Source of the DNA: an uncultured Solirubrobacterales bacterium
Lineage (GTDB): Bacteria; Actinomycetota; Thermoleophilia; Solirubrobacterales; Solirubrobacteraceae
Reading direction: 5' to 3'
Length of the DNA: 32,000 bases
Assembly: GCA_963795555.1 (NCBI GenBank)
Contig: CAWCHZ010000001.1
Coordinates: 20,891 to 52,890, forward strand
The position numbers and the translations under genes were made by a program. Positions 23,984-31,901 of this stretch are shown in pieces (the first letter of the stretch is position 1; every line of letters begins with the position of its first letter). Under the pieces are notes generated by a model. It had not been told where the DNA came from. It saw only the letters and a list, made by a program, of their open reading frames with translations, and made no database searches.

Positions 23984-26800
23984 ATGCCCTCGTCAGCCCG
24001 CTCATCGTTGACCAAGGTCACGATCGTGATCCTGCTCACGCTCGGCATCGGGCTGCACGCCCTCGGTCGCCCGGCAGACGCCCTCGCCGGCAGCTATTGG
24101 GTGCATGGCTGCGATTCGGCAGGCGGCGCGCAGAGCTCCTGGGGTGGCTTCTCGACCACCTCTGCCTATCAGGACACCGTCACCTGTCCGACCAACGGCA
24201 ACGCGCACAACGGCATCACGACCAGCGTCATCGACTCGGGGCTGGTCGGCCTGTACGCCGACGCCGGCTGGCAGGCCTCGGCGCCTTACGGCACGACGCT
24301 CAGTGCGGTGAACCTCACCTTCGCCTTCCCCTGGTATCCCTCGACGCCGGACTTCAGCTTCGGGCTCAACGCCAACAACCAGCTGATGTTCGAATGTGGT
24401 CGGAACTTCCCCGCCTGCCAGGGCTCCGGCTCCAGCCTGCTCACCCTGTCACTGCCATCTGGTACCACGGCACTCACGACGTTCGTCAGCTGCCAGCACG
24501 CCGGCGGCTGCAACACCAACACCGACGGCGGGTTCGCCGTCGCGGTCCAGTCGGCGGATGTGCAGGTGACCGACGACACGCTGCCGGTGCTGACCCACGG
24601 GCAGGGGTTGTGGGCCAACGGCGGCTGGGTGAGCGGCTCCCAGCCGGTCAGCTTCGACGCCAGCGACAACAGCGGCATCCAGGACGCGCGCATCGAGATC
24701 GATCCCGGCCCGGGCAACTACGGCAACCCGATCGATCAGCCCCACCACTGCGACTACAGCCTGATGGGACCGTGCCCCGAGCAGGGCGCGAGCGGCATCA
24801 TCGACACCACGCGCTACAGCGACGGACCCCATGTGCTCAACATCGCCGCCGAGGACGCGGCGGGCAATTGGGCCAGCACCTACAAGACGATCTACATCTC
24901 CAACATGTCACCGCCTGCGCCACAGACGCTGAACGTCATCGGCGGGCAGGGCTGGCGGCAGACCAACTCCTTCGACCTGGTTTGGCAGACGCCCGCCAGC
25001 GCCGACCAGGCGCCGCTCGCCGACCTGGACTTCCACGTCTGCAACGTGCAGACGGGAGCCTGCCGCGACTGGCAGCAGCCGGTCACCAGTCAATCGCAGA
25101 GCGAGCTCGACGGCGTCTCCACGCAGGGCAACGCCGATGAGACCTGGCAGGTCGCGCTGCAGGACGCAGCCGGCAACGTCGGTCCGTACTCCAACGCGAT
25201 TCACCTGCGCTACGACGGGACGGTGCCGGGTCACGACGCGCTGAGCTCCCGAAATGGGTGGATTTCAGCGCACGACGCCGACAGTTTTGCTCAGCAGGTC
25301 CAGATGCGGCAGACCGCGGCAGTAGGGCCTTCCGGAATTGCGGGATACGCACTCTCCGTAGACATGCAGCCGGGCGACGCCGTCACACCGGGCGCTGCGG
25401 CCGATCCAACGACGGCTCAGTGGCTCACCAACTACGCGATGAGCCTGCCTGAGGGCGTCCACACCGTGTATGCGCGAGCCATTTCCGGTGCGGGCGTGCC
25501 ATCGGACACCGTCGACAGCACGGTGGTGCAGGTCGACCGGACGCCGCCGACGGTCACCGCCACGACGGTCGACTCGGCCCGGCCCTACAACCACCCCGTC
25601 ACGATCACGATCACCGGCGCCGACCAGCCCGGCCTGTCGGGCATGGCGCCCGCGCCGGCGGGACAGCCGGTGACCAGCGGCGCCTACATCGAGTACTCGC
25701 TCGACGGTGGCGCGCCGGTCGACGTCCCGGGCGCGAGCGCCACGGTCACCGTCGGCTCGGATGGCCAGCACGCGCTCGCCTATCGCGCCTACGACCTCGC
25801 CGGCAACCCGAGCGCGATCCAGACCAACCAGCTGACGATCGACCAGACGCCACCGATCGGCGGCCTGGCCGGCATCGACGGCAACGTCGTGCGCTTCCAC
25901 ACCGCCGAGACGTGCCTGCAGTCGGCACAGATCCAGTACTCCGCCGGCGGCCAGAGCTGGACCAGCATCCAGACGACGATCGACGGCGGCGACGCCGCGG
26001 CCGCGCTGCCCGACCTCGGGCTCGACCACCCCGCGATCAGCGTGCGCGGCCTGTTCACCGACTGCGCCGGCAACAGCGCGCTGCTGGCGAACTGGCTGCC
26101 GGGCGTCGACGGCGGCGGCCCCGCGGTCGTGGTGGCGCCAAGCGACCGCCAGCCCGCGCAGCTGCGCTGGACCGTGCCGCTGCCCGCGGGCGCCGGCGCG
26201 CTCGTGCGTCGCGGCCAGCTGCTGCACGGGACGCTGCTCGACGCGGCCGGGCATCCGCTGCCCGGCGCGACGATCACGGTCAGCGTGCTGCCGCGCGACG
26301 CGACGACCTGGCTTGCCGTCGGCAGCCTGCGGACGGATGTCGGCGGTCGCTTCTCCTACGCCGTCCCGGCCGGCCCCTCGCGGACGATCCAGTTCGCCTT
26401 CGCCGGTGACGTCGCGCTGCGCCCGGCGGCCGCCGCAGTGACCGTCCGCACGCCCGCGGTGACGACGCTTGCGGCCGACTACCGCGCGATGCGCGTCGGC
26501 CAGGTCGTCACCTTCTCCGGGCGTTTGCTCGGCGGCTACGTGCCGGCGCGCGGCGCGCTCGTCGTGCTCGAGGCGTTCGACCGCGCCCACTGGGTGAAGT
26601 TCGCCACCGCACACGCCAGCTCCCGCGGGCGTTGGACCACGAGCTACCGGATCATCGCCGGCAGCGGCAGCTACGTCTATCGGATCCGCGTGCTCGTCCC
26701 GCTGCAGCAGGGCTATCCCTACCAGGCGGGCGGCTCGCGCCGCGACTACCGGCTGACCGTCTCGCCGTACGGGCCGGTCATCCGCAACCGGGGTCGTTGA
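23984..26800 (+). CDS. Secreted 938-aa protein: signal peptide, Cys-rich N-terminal domain, repeated Ig-like modules, C-terminal carboxypeptidase-regulatory-like beta-sandwiches
   Basis: SD AAGGAG (23971-23976) precedes ATG 23984. The signal peptide is MPSSARSSLTKVTIVILLTLGIGLHALGRPADALA. Modules ending in D-x-AGN recur (GPHVLNIAAEDAAGNWAS, DGQHALAYRAYDLAGNPSA, LQDAAGNVG, TDCAGNSA). The upstream part of ORF 23294 overlaps the preceding gene in another frame and was discarded. Confidence 0.7.
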   Translation: MPSSARSSLTKVTIVILLTLGIGLHALGRPADALAGSYWVHGCDSAGGAQSSWGGFSTTSAYQDTVTCPTNGNAHNGITTSVIDSGLVGLYADAGWQASAPYGTTLSAVNLTFAFPWYPSTPDFSFGLNANNQLMFECGRNFPACQGSGSSLLTLSLPSGTTALTTFVSCQHAGGCNTNTDGGFAVAVQSADVQVTDDTLPVLTHGQGLWANGGWVSGSQPVSFDASDNSGIQDARIEIDPGPGNYGNPIDQPHHCDYSLMGPCPEQGASGIIDTTRYSDGPHVLNIAAEDAAGNWASTYKTIYISNMSPPAPQTLNVIGGQGWRQTNSFDLVWQTPASADQAPLADLDFHVCNVQTGACRDWQQPVTSQSQSELDGVSTQGNADETWQVALQDAAGNVGPYSNAIHLRYDGTVPGHDALSSRNGWISAHDADSFAQQVQMRQTAAVGPSGIAGYALSVDMQPGDAVTPGAAADPTTAQWLTNYAMSLPEGVHTVYARAISGAGVPSDTVDSTVVQVDRTPPTVTATTVDSARPYNHPVTITITGADQPGLSGMAPAPAGQPVTSGAYIEYSLDGGAPVDVPGASATVTVGSDGQHALAYRAYDLAGNPSAIQTNQLTIDQTPPIGGLAGIDGNVVRFHTAETCLQSAQIQYSAGGQSWTSIQTTIDGGDAAAALPDLGLDHPAISVRGLFTDCAGNSALLANWLPGVDGGGPAVVVAPSDRQPAQLRWTVPLPAGAGALVRRGQLLHGTLLDAAGHPLPGATITVSVLPRDATTWLAVGSLRTDVGGRFSYAVPAGPSRTIQFAFAGDVALRPAAAAVTVRTPAVTTLAADYRAMRVGQVVTFSGRLLGGYVPARGALVVLEAFDRAHWVKFATAHASSRGRWTTSYRIIAGSGSYVYRIRVLVPLQQGYPYQAGGSRRDYRLTVSPYGPVIRNRGR

Positions 26801-26860
26801 GGGCGCGTACGCAGGATGGCAGATCGTCCAGACCCGCCAAGCCTGATGCTCTCACCAGGA

Positions 26861-26889
26861 CATCCGTCGAGGTCGCTGGCCATCCGTCG
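26861..26889 (+). promoter_or_regulatory. Direct repeat CATCCGTCG x2 with 20-bp periodicity upstream of the S8 protease gene
   Basis: Exact 9-mers at 26861-26869 and 26881-26889, 27 nt upstream of GTG 26916. Confidence 0.25.
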
Positions 26890-26915
26890 CGCGATCACAC
26901 CAAAATGCCCGAGCG

Positions 26916-29888
26916 GTGAGGTACCTGGATCGAATATGTGGCTTTGCCATCTTCGCGATCGTGCTTGCCCTGGCGATCGGCGTGTCGGGCCGCGTCGCCG
27001 CCGGGGCTCCAGCCGCTCAGCCGGTGGTTGGCGTGCGCCTGCGTCCTCCGGCGCTGTTTCACGCGCCACGACTGGTGCCGGGCCTGGCACGAGCTGGTCG
27101 AGTGAAGGTGCTGATCCGGCTGGCACAAGCCCCGCTCGCTCGGGCGGCGGCCGCCGCGAGCGTGCGGCGGGCGCTGGCGGGACGGCTGTCGCGATCCGAG
27201 CTGGCGTTGTTGCGCCGATCCCACGGCTGGCTTGGCACGACGGCATTCATCGCGCGCGCCAACGCGGTGGCACGGCGTCGCGCGCTGCGTGCGCTGCAGG
27301 GCGCGGCCGATCGCACGATGGTCGCGCTCGGGCGCCTCGCGCGCGACATCGCGCGGGTGGGCGGACGCGTCCTGAGCATCGACCTGCTCGGCGGGTCGCT
27401 CACGGCGACCATCCCGGCCCGGGCGCTGGCGCGGCTGGCCGCACGGCGTGATGTGGCGAGCGTCGCCCCCGCGCCGGTCATCGAGCGCTTCGACACCGGC
27501 GTGCTCGAGCAGACCGACTCGACGGGCGCCCCGGCCTGGTGGGCGGCGGGGCTCACCGGTGGCACGGGCAGCGCTGACCGCCTGCCCGCGAGCCTGGCGA
27601 TCACCGACGACAAGATCCAGGAGGACCAGCCGGCGTTCGCCGGCGTGGCGTTCGAGCGCCCGCAGGGCGAGCCGATCTACGCCGACTGCTCGAAGCTCGG
27701 ATCCGACTGCGGCCACGGCACCGAGGTCGCCGGCGCCGCGGTCAGCCAGGGCGTCGCCAGCTGCCCCACCGCGACCGGCTACACCTGCAACGCGGGCGAC
27801 GTGCAGCCGACCTGGAAGGGCGTGGCCTATGGGGTTGGCCATCTGCTGGATGCGAGTCTCGAGAGCGTCGACGCCATAACCGTAGGACGCTTCAGTGAGG
27901 CGGCATGGGAGATTGGTCTGAGCCAGACCGATCCCCAGACGGGCAACACGCTGCCCGGCGCGGCCGACCCCGCGCAGGTGCTAAACGGCAGCTGGGGCGG
28001 GACGCCTGCCAGCGATGACGACTCCTACATGGAGGCCATCGACGGGATGCTCTACGCCTACGGCCTCACGGGCGCGTGGGCGGCGGGCAACTACGGCAAG
28101 ACGACCGATCAGCTCGCCGAGCCGTGCACGGCGTACAACACGATCTGCGTCGGCGCGGTCGCCGACGCTGGCACCTCGTCGCAGGCCGACGACCAGATCG
28201 CCGACTTCTCGAGCACCGGACCGACGATCGCCGGGCGCAAGAAGCCCGACCTCGTCGCCGTTGGAGCGTCCAGCGCGCCGGAGGGCAACATCACGACGGC
28301 GCGCCAGGACTGGCAGTCCTCGAGCAGCCTGTGGCTGGCCGACAACGGCACGTCGTTCGCGACGCCACAGGTCGCCGGCGCCGCGGCGCTGCTCGTCGGC
28401 TCGGGCATCACGGACCCCAACGCGGTCAAGGCGATCCTGATCGACTCGGCGACCCCGGGCCGTGCGACGCCGTCATCGCCGGTCGGCAGCGCGCAGGGCT
28501 GGGTGCCCGGCTGGGGCTGGGGCGAGCTCGATCTCAACGCGGCGCTCGCCCAGCGCCAGGACTTCGTCACCGACAGCGTTCTCGCCTACGGCGTTCACCT
28601 CTATCGCGCCACGACCACCGCCACGGGTGATCGCGCGACGCTCGTCTGGCAGCAACGCGAGACCGATTGTCACTTCAACGCGGCCTACTGCCCGCCCGCC
28701 TACACGCTCACCCACCTGACGCTGGGGGAGTACGACGCGAGCTCCCAGCAGCTGCTCGCCTCATCCGCATCGGCGCTCGACAACGTCCAGCAGGTCCAGC
28801 ATCCCGCCGCTGCGCCGGCCAGCGAGGCGGTCGTCTATGCCGTCGCGGCGGCCTCCAGCGTCGCTGGACTGACGGCCGAGCCCTACGCGCTCGCGGCCAC
28901 CAACCAGCTCACGCCGCTGGCCAACCCCCAGCCGACGATCACGATCGCCCCGATCGGCGGCCCCTTCCGCCAGGGCCAGCCGGTGACTGTTAGGGCGACG
29001 ATCGCCAACCCCTCCGGCGACCTGACCGCCCCCGCGGTCCAGGTTACGCTGAGCGCTCCGGTCGCGGTGAACATCACCGCCGGCGCCCCGACGCAGTCAC
29101 TCGGCGACATCGCCACACACGGCAGCGCCACGGCCCGCTGGACGATCAGCGCCGGCGCCGACGGGATCTACACATTCACGATCTCGGCGAGCACGGGCCA
29201 GCTCTATGGCCAGACGTTCAGCGCCGCCGCCACGAGCGACCGCTTCCTGGTCGACTCGACGTCGCCGACCGTCGCGATCGACCGCCCCGCCGCCAGCCAG
29301 TCGGCCACGACGATCCCGGTCGGCTGGTCGGCGACCGACGCCGGCTCGGGCGTCGCTGCGTATGACGTCGACGTCGCCGTCGACGGCGGCCCCTACATCC
29401 CGTGGCTGCCAGACACGACCCTGACCTCCGCCAGCTACACCGGCGTCGACGGGCACTCCTACTCGTTTCGAGCCCGCGCGAGCGACCTGCTCGGCAACAT
29501 CTCCACCTACAGCTACGGCGGATTGGTGACGCTGATCATGCCCTCGTGTTGCGGCACCGGCTCCGGCCCGGGCGCTTCGCAGCGACCCGGCCACCATGGG
29601 GGCCTCGCCCCCCGGCTCGCGCTGACGGAGCTGCACCGGCGCGGGGCGCAGCTGGTCGTTGGTGGCACGATCGCCCGAGCCGCGACCGGCTGGGTGCAGA
29701 TCACCTGTCGCCTGCAGCTGGGACGCCAGCCGTCAACCCTGCGCCTGCGCGCGCGCGTCGTGCGCGGACGCTGGCGCCTCGTCTATCGCCTGCGCTGGCG
29801 TCACGCCCGCCTGAGCGCTGTGACGATCCGCTACCCCGGAGACCGCCGCTACGCCGCCGCGACCGCCTTCCGAGCGGTGAGCGGATGA
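26916..29888 (+). CDS. Secreted S8 subtilisin-family serine protease with an I9-like propeptide and C-terminal CARDB/Ig-like domains
   Basis: The signal peptide is (M)RYLDRICGFAIFAIVLALAIGVSGRVAAG. The catalytic triad context is LAITDD (Asp), DCGHGTEVAG (His) and DNGTSFATPQVAGAAALL (Ser). The C-terminus has VTVRATIANPSGDL (CARDB-like) and DSTSPTVAIDRP...SATDAGSGVAAYDV...DGHSYSFRARASDLLGN. Confidence 0.85.
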   Translation: MRYLDRICGFAIFAIVLALAIGVSGRVAAGAPAAQPVVGVRLRPPALFHAPRLVPGLARAGRVKVLIRLAQAPLARAAAAASVRRALAGRLSRSELALLRRSHGWLGTTAFIARANAVARRRALRALQGAADRTMVALGRLARDIARVGGRVLSIDLLGGSLTATIPARALARLAARRDVASVAPAPVIERFDTGVLEQTDSTGAPAWWAAGLTGGTGSADRLPASLAITDDKIQEDQPAFAGVAFERPQGEPIYADCSKLGSDCGHGTEVAGAAVSQGVASCPTATGYTCNAGDVQPTWKGVAYGVGHLLDASLESVDAITVGRFSEAAWEIGLSQTDPQTGNTLPGAADPAQVLNGSWGGTPASDDDSYMEAIDGMLYAYGLTGAWAAGNYGKTTDQLAEPCTAYNTICVGAVADAGTSSQADDQIADFSSTGPTIAGRKKPDLVAVGASSAPEGNITTARQDWQSSSSLWLADNGTSFATPQVAGAAALLVGSGITDPNAVKAILIDSATPGRATPSSPVGSAQGWVPGWGWGELDLNAALAQRQDFVTDSVLAYGVHLYRATTTATGDRATLVWQQRETDCHFNAAYCPPAYTLTHLTLGEYDASSQQLLASSASALDNVQQVQHPAAAPASEAVVYAVAAASSVAGLTAEPYALAATNQLTPLANPQPTITIAPIGGPFRQGQPVTVRATIANPSGDLTAPAVQVTLSAPVAVNITAGAPTQSLGDIATHGSATARWTISAGADGIYTFTISASTGQLYGQTFSAAATSDRFLVDSTSPTVAIDRPAASQSATTIPVGWSATDAGSGVAAYDVDVAVDGGPYIPWLPDTTLTSASYTGVDGHSYSFRARASDLLGNISTYSYGGLVTLIMPSCCGTGSGPGASQRPGHHGGLAPRLALTELHRRGAQLVVGGTIARAATGWVQITCRLQLGRQPSTLRLRARVVRGRWRLVYRLRWRHARLSAVTIRYPGDRRYAAATAFRAVSG

Positions 29889-29924
29889 CCACCGCCCGTC
29901 GGCATGCGTTATGATGTAGACACA

Positions 29925-30188
29925 ATGATGGTACGGACGCAGATCATGCTCGACGCCGAGGCCCATCGGCGCGCCAAGCGCCGCGCCGCCGAGCTGGGCG
30001 TGTCGCTGGCGGAATACGTGCGCCGGGCGGTCGATCGCGACCTCGGCGCCGCACCTCAGCGCAGCGATCCGAGCGCGATCTTCGGCCTCTTCGACTCGGG
30101 TGGCTCGGATGTGGCGCGCGACAAGGACCGCTACGTCGATGCGGCGATCAGCCAGGCCCATGGACGTGGCCCACGCGCGCGGCCGTGA
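29925..30188 (+). CDS. Ribbon-helix-helix (CopG/VapB-like) antitoxin, paralog of 21051..21317
   Basis: M(M)VRTQIMLDAEAHRRAKRRAAELGVSLAEYVRRAVDRDL aligns with the first antitoxin (MHRTQITLTDDQYARL...). Start at ATG 29925 or 29928; the annotated 29904 start would place the TATGAT box inside the CDS. Confidence 0.75.
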   Translation: MMVRTQIMLDAEAHRRAKRRAAELGVSLAEYVRRAVDRDLGAAPQRSDPSAIFGLFDSGGSDVARDKDRYVDAAISQAHGRGPRARP

Positions 30189-30218
30189 GCCCCCCACCGA
30201 CCCTGAATCCCACCGGTC

Positions 30219-30632
30219 GTGAGCCTGTTCGTCGACACCTCTGCCTTCTACGCGGCAGCCGACGCGGGCGACAGCAGCCACCGACAGGCCACCCGCGTGC
30301 TCGGCGAGGCCGAATCGCTCATCACCAGCGACCATGTCCTGATCGAGTCCTGGCTGCTGATGCGAGCGCGTGCCGGTCTGGGCGCGGCGCAGCGCTTCTG
30401 GCAGGCGATTCGTGGCGGCCTGGCCAGCGTCGAGACCGTTCTGCCGACCGACCTCGACCGCGCATGGCTGATCGGCGAGGAATTTCCCGATCAGGGCTTC
30501 TCGATCGTCGATCGCACGAGCTTTGCCGTGATGGAGCGCCTCGGCCTGACCGCGGTCGCGAGCTTCGACGATCACTTCGCGGTCTACCGCTTCGGCGCGC
30601 GGCGCGAGCGCGCGTTCGAGCTGCTGCGTTGA
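30219..30632 (+). CDS. PIN-domain ribonuclease toxin (VapC-like)
   Basis: GTG start. SLFVDTSAFYA (Asp), HVLIESW (Glu), FSIVDRTSFAVM (Asp) and ASFDDHF (Asp). Confidence 0.8.
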   Translation: MSLFVDTSAFYAAADAGDSSHRQATRVLGEAESLITSDHVLIESWLLMRARAGLGAAQRFWQAIRGGLASVETVLPTDLDRAWLIGEEFPDQGFSIVDRTSFAVMERLGLTAVASFDDHFAVYRFGARRERAFELLR

Positions 30633-30747
30633 CGGCATTTCACGCCGCGGCGCGCTGACGGCTGTGTTCGCGCTCCGGCGCTGATCGTTCCGCAGCCACG
30701 GCTGGCAGCCGACAACACCGCGCGGCGCTGCTGCCGAGATAGGGCAT

Positions 30748-31332
30748 ATGGGACCGCCCATGCGACGCCGCGATGTGCGCCAGGCTCTGGCGCTGGGAGC
30801 CTTCGCTGCGCTGCTCGCGTTCCATCTCGTCGGCTGCGCCATGCCGGCATCCCCCTGGCCGGCTGGCGCGCCGACGGCTCCCTCGCGTGGAGCCGGCCTC
30901 GCTGCTCGCGCGAGCGCAACCGGCGCTGCCCCTGATCCACGCTTGACGCCCGGCGCGATCTTCCCCAATGCCTCCACCGCGCTCGTCTGCCGGCGCGGTT
31001 ATGCCCGCGGCGTGCGCGATCGGCTCAACTCGGCACAGTGGATCGCGCTCAAGCGCCAGGTCTATGCGCGCTACGGCATCGCCAGCCACGCGCCCGGCGC
31101 ATATGAGGTCGATCACCGCGAGCCGCTGGCGCTCGGGGGCACGAACTCCATCCCCAACCTCTGGCCCCAGCCGATCGAGCAGGCCCGCGAGAAGGACGGC
31201 CTGGAAGCCTGGGCGCACGACCGCGTCTGCGCGGGACGCCTCTCCCTTCGCGCCGCCCAGGTGCAGCTGCTCGACTGGTATCCGGCGTGGCTGGCCGCCG
31301 GACGGCCACGCGCGTGGGGGGCATTCGACTAG
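30748..31332 (+). CDS. Putative lipoprotein with an HNH-type nuclease motif
   Basis: The signal/lipobox is ALGAFAALLAFHLVGC. YEVDHREPLALGGTNSIPNLWPQP resembles the HNH (D-H...N...N) core. An alternative start lies at ATG 30760. Confidence 0.55.
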   Translation: MGPPMRRRDVRQALALGAFAALLAFHLVGCAMPASPWPAGAPTAPSRGAGLAARASATGAAPDPRLTPGAIFPNASTALVCRRGYARGVRDRLNSAQWIALKRQVYARYGIASHAPGAYEVDHREPLALGGTNSIPNLWPQPIEQAREKDGLEAWAHDRVCAGRLSLRAAQVQLLDWYPAWLAAGRPRAWGAFD

Positions 31333-31378
31333 TCCGGGGCGTGCGCCTACCCAGCGTCCACAGCAGGATGTTGGCGAG

Positions 31379-31399
31379 CGCCAGCCGCGGTCGCTGGCG
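31379..31399. terminator. Hairpin between convergent genes (candidate bidirectional terminator)
   Basis: CGCCAGC (31379-31385), loop CGCGGTC, then GCTGGCG (31393-31399). It sits between the HNH stop (31332) and the GNAT stop (31404). Confidence 0.3.
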
Positions 31400-31403
31400 G
31401 CTC

Positions 31404-31892
31404 TTAGCCACCTCCCAGCAGCCGCTCCAGCACGACGACATCGCGCCATTCGCCCTCGAGGCGGCCGTGACGGCGATGGACGCCCACGACGTCGAAGCCG
31501 GCGTGCTCGGCCAGCCGCAGGCTCGCCGCGTTGGTCGTGAAGACGCGGCCGATGATCTTCGCCTGCCCGCGCTGCTCGGCGGTCTCGACCAGCGCGCTCA
31601 TCAGCGCGCGCCCGACGCCGCGCCCGCGCGCGGCGCGCTCGACGTAGACAGCGTACTCGCCGATCCCGCGCTGGGCGGGGCGGTGGCTCAGCGGCACAAG
31701 ACTGACCCAGCCGAGCACCTCGCCGTCGACCTCGGCGACCAGCACGAACGTCGCCTGCGCGATCACCCCGCGCATCTGCTCGTCCGTCTTGCCCTCGAGC
31801 TGGAAGGTGGCCTGGCGTTCGGCGATGCCCTGGTTGTAGACCCGCGCGATCGCGGCAGCGTCCTCGATGCCCGCCTCGCGGATGCGCAGCAT
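31404..31892 (-). CDS. GNAT N-acetyltransferase, phosphinothricin acetyltransferase (PAT/ArsN1)-like
   Basis: IREAGIEDAAAIARVYNQGIAERQATFQLE...RGRGVGRALMSALVETAEQRG is the PAT-type GNAT pattern. It starts 9 nt after the upstream arsC-like stop. Confidence 0.7.
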   Translation of the reverse strand: MLRIREAGIEDAAAIARVYNQGIAERQATFQLEGKTDEQMRGVIAQATFVLVAEVDGEVLGWVSLVPLSHRPAQRGIGEYAVYVERAARGRGVGRALMSALVETAEQRGQAKIIGRVFTTNAASLRLAEHAGFDVVGVHRRHGRLEGEWRDVVVLERLLGGG

Positions 31893-31901
31893 GGCCAGGC
31901 G

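Noticed and set aside
21031-30632. The TA-bracketed segment as a mobile genetic element or integrated island
   Set aside because: I found no integrase, transposase, tRNA target or long terminal direct/inverted repeats, and base composition does not visibly differ from the flanks. It is kept only as possible accessory DNA.
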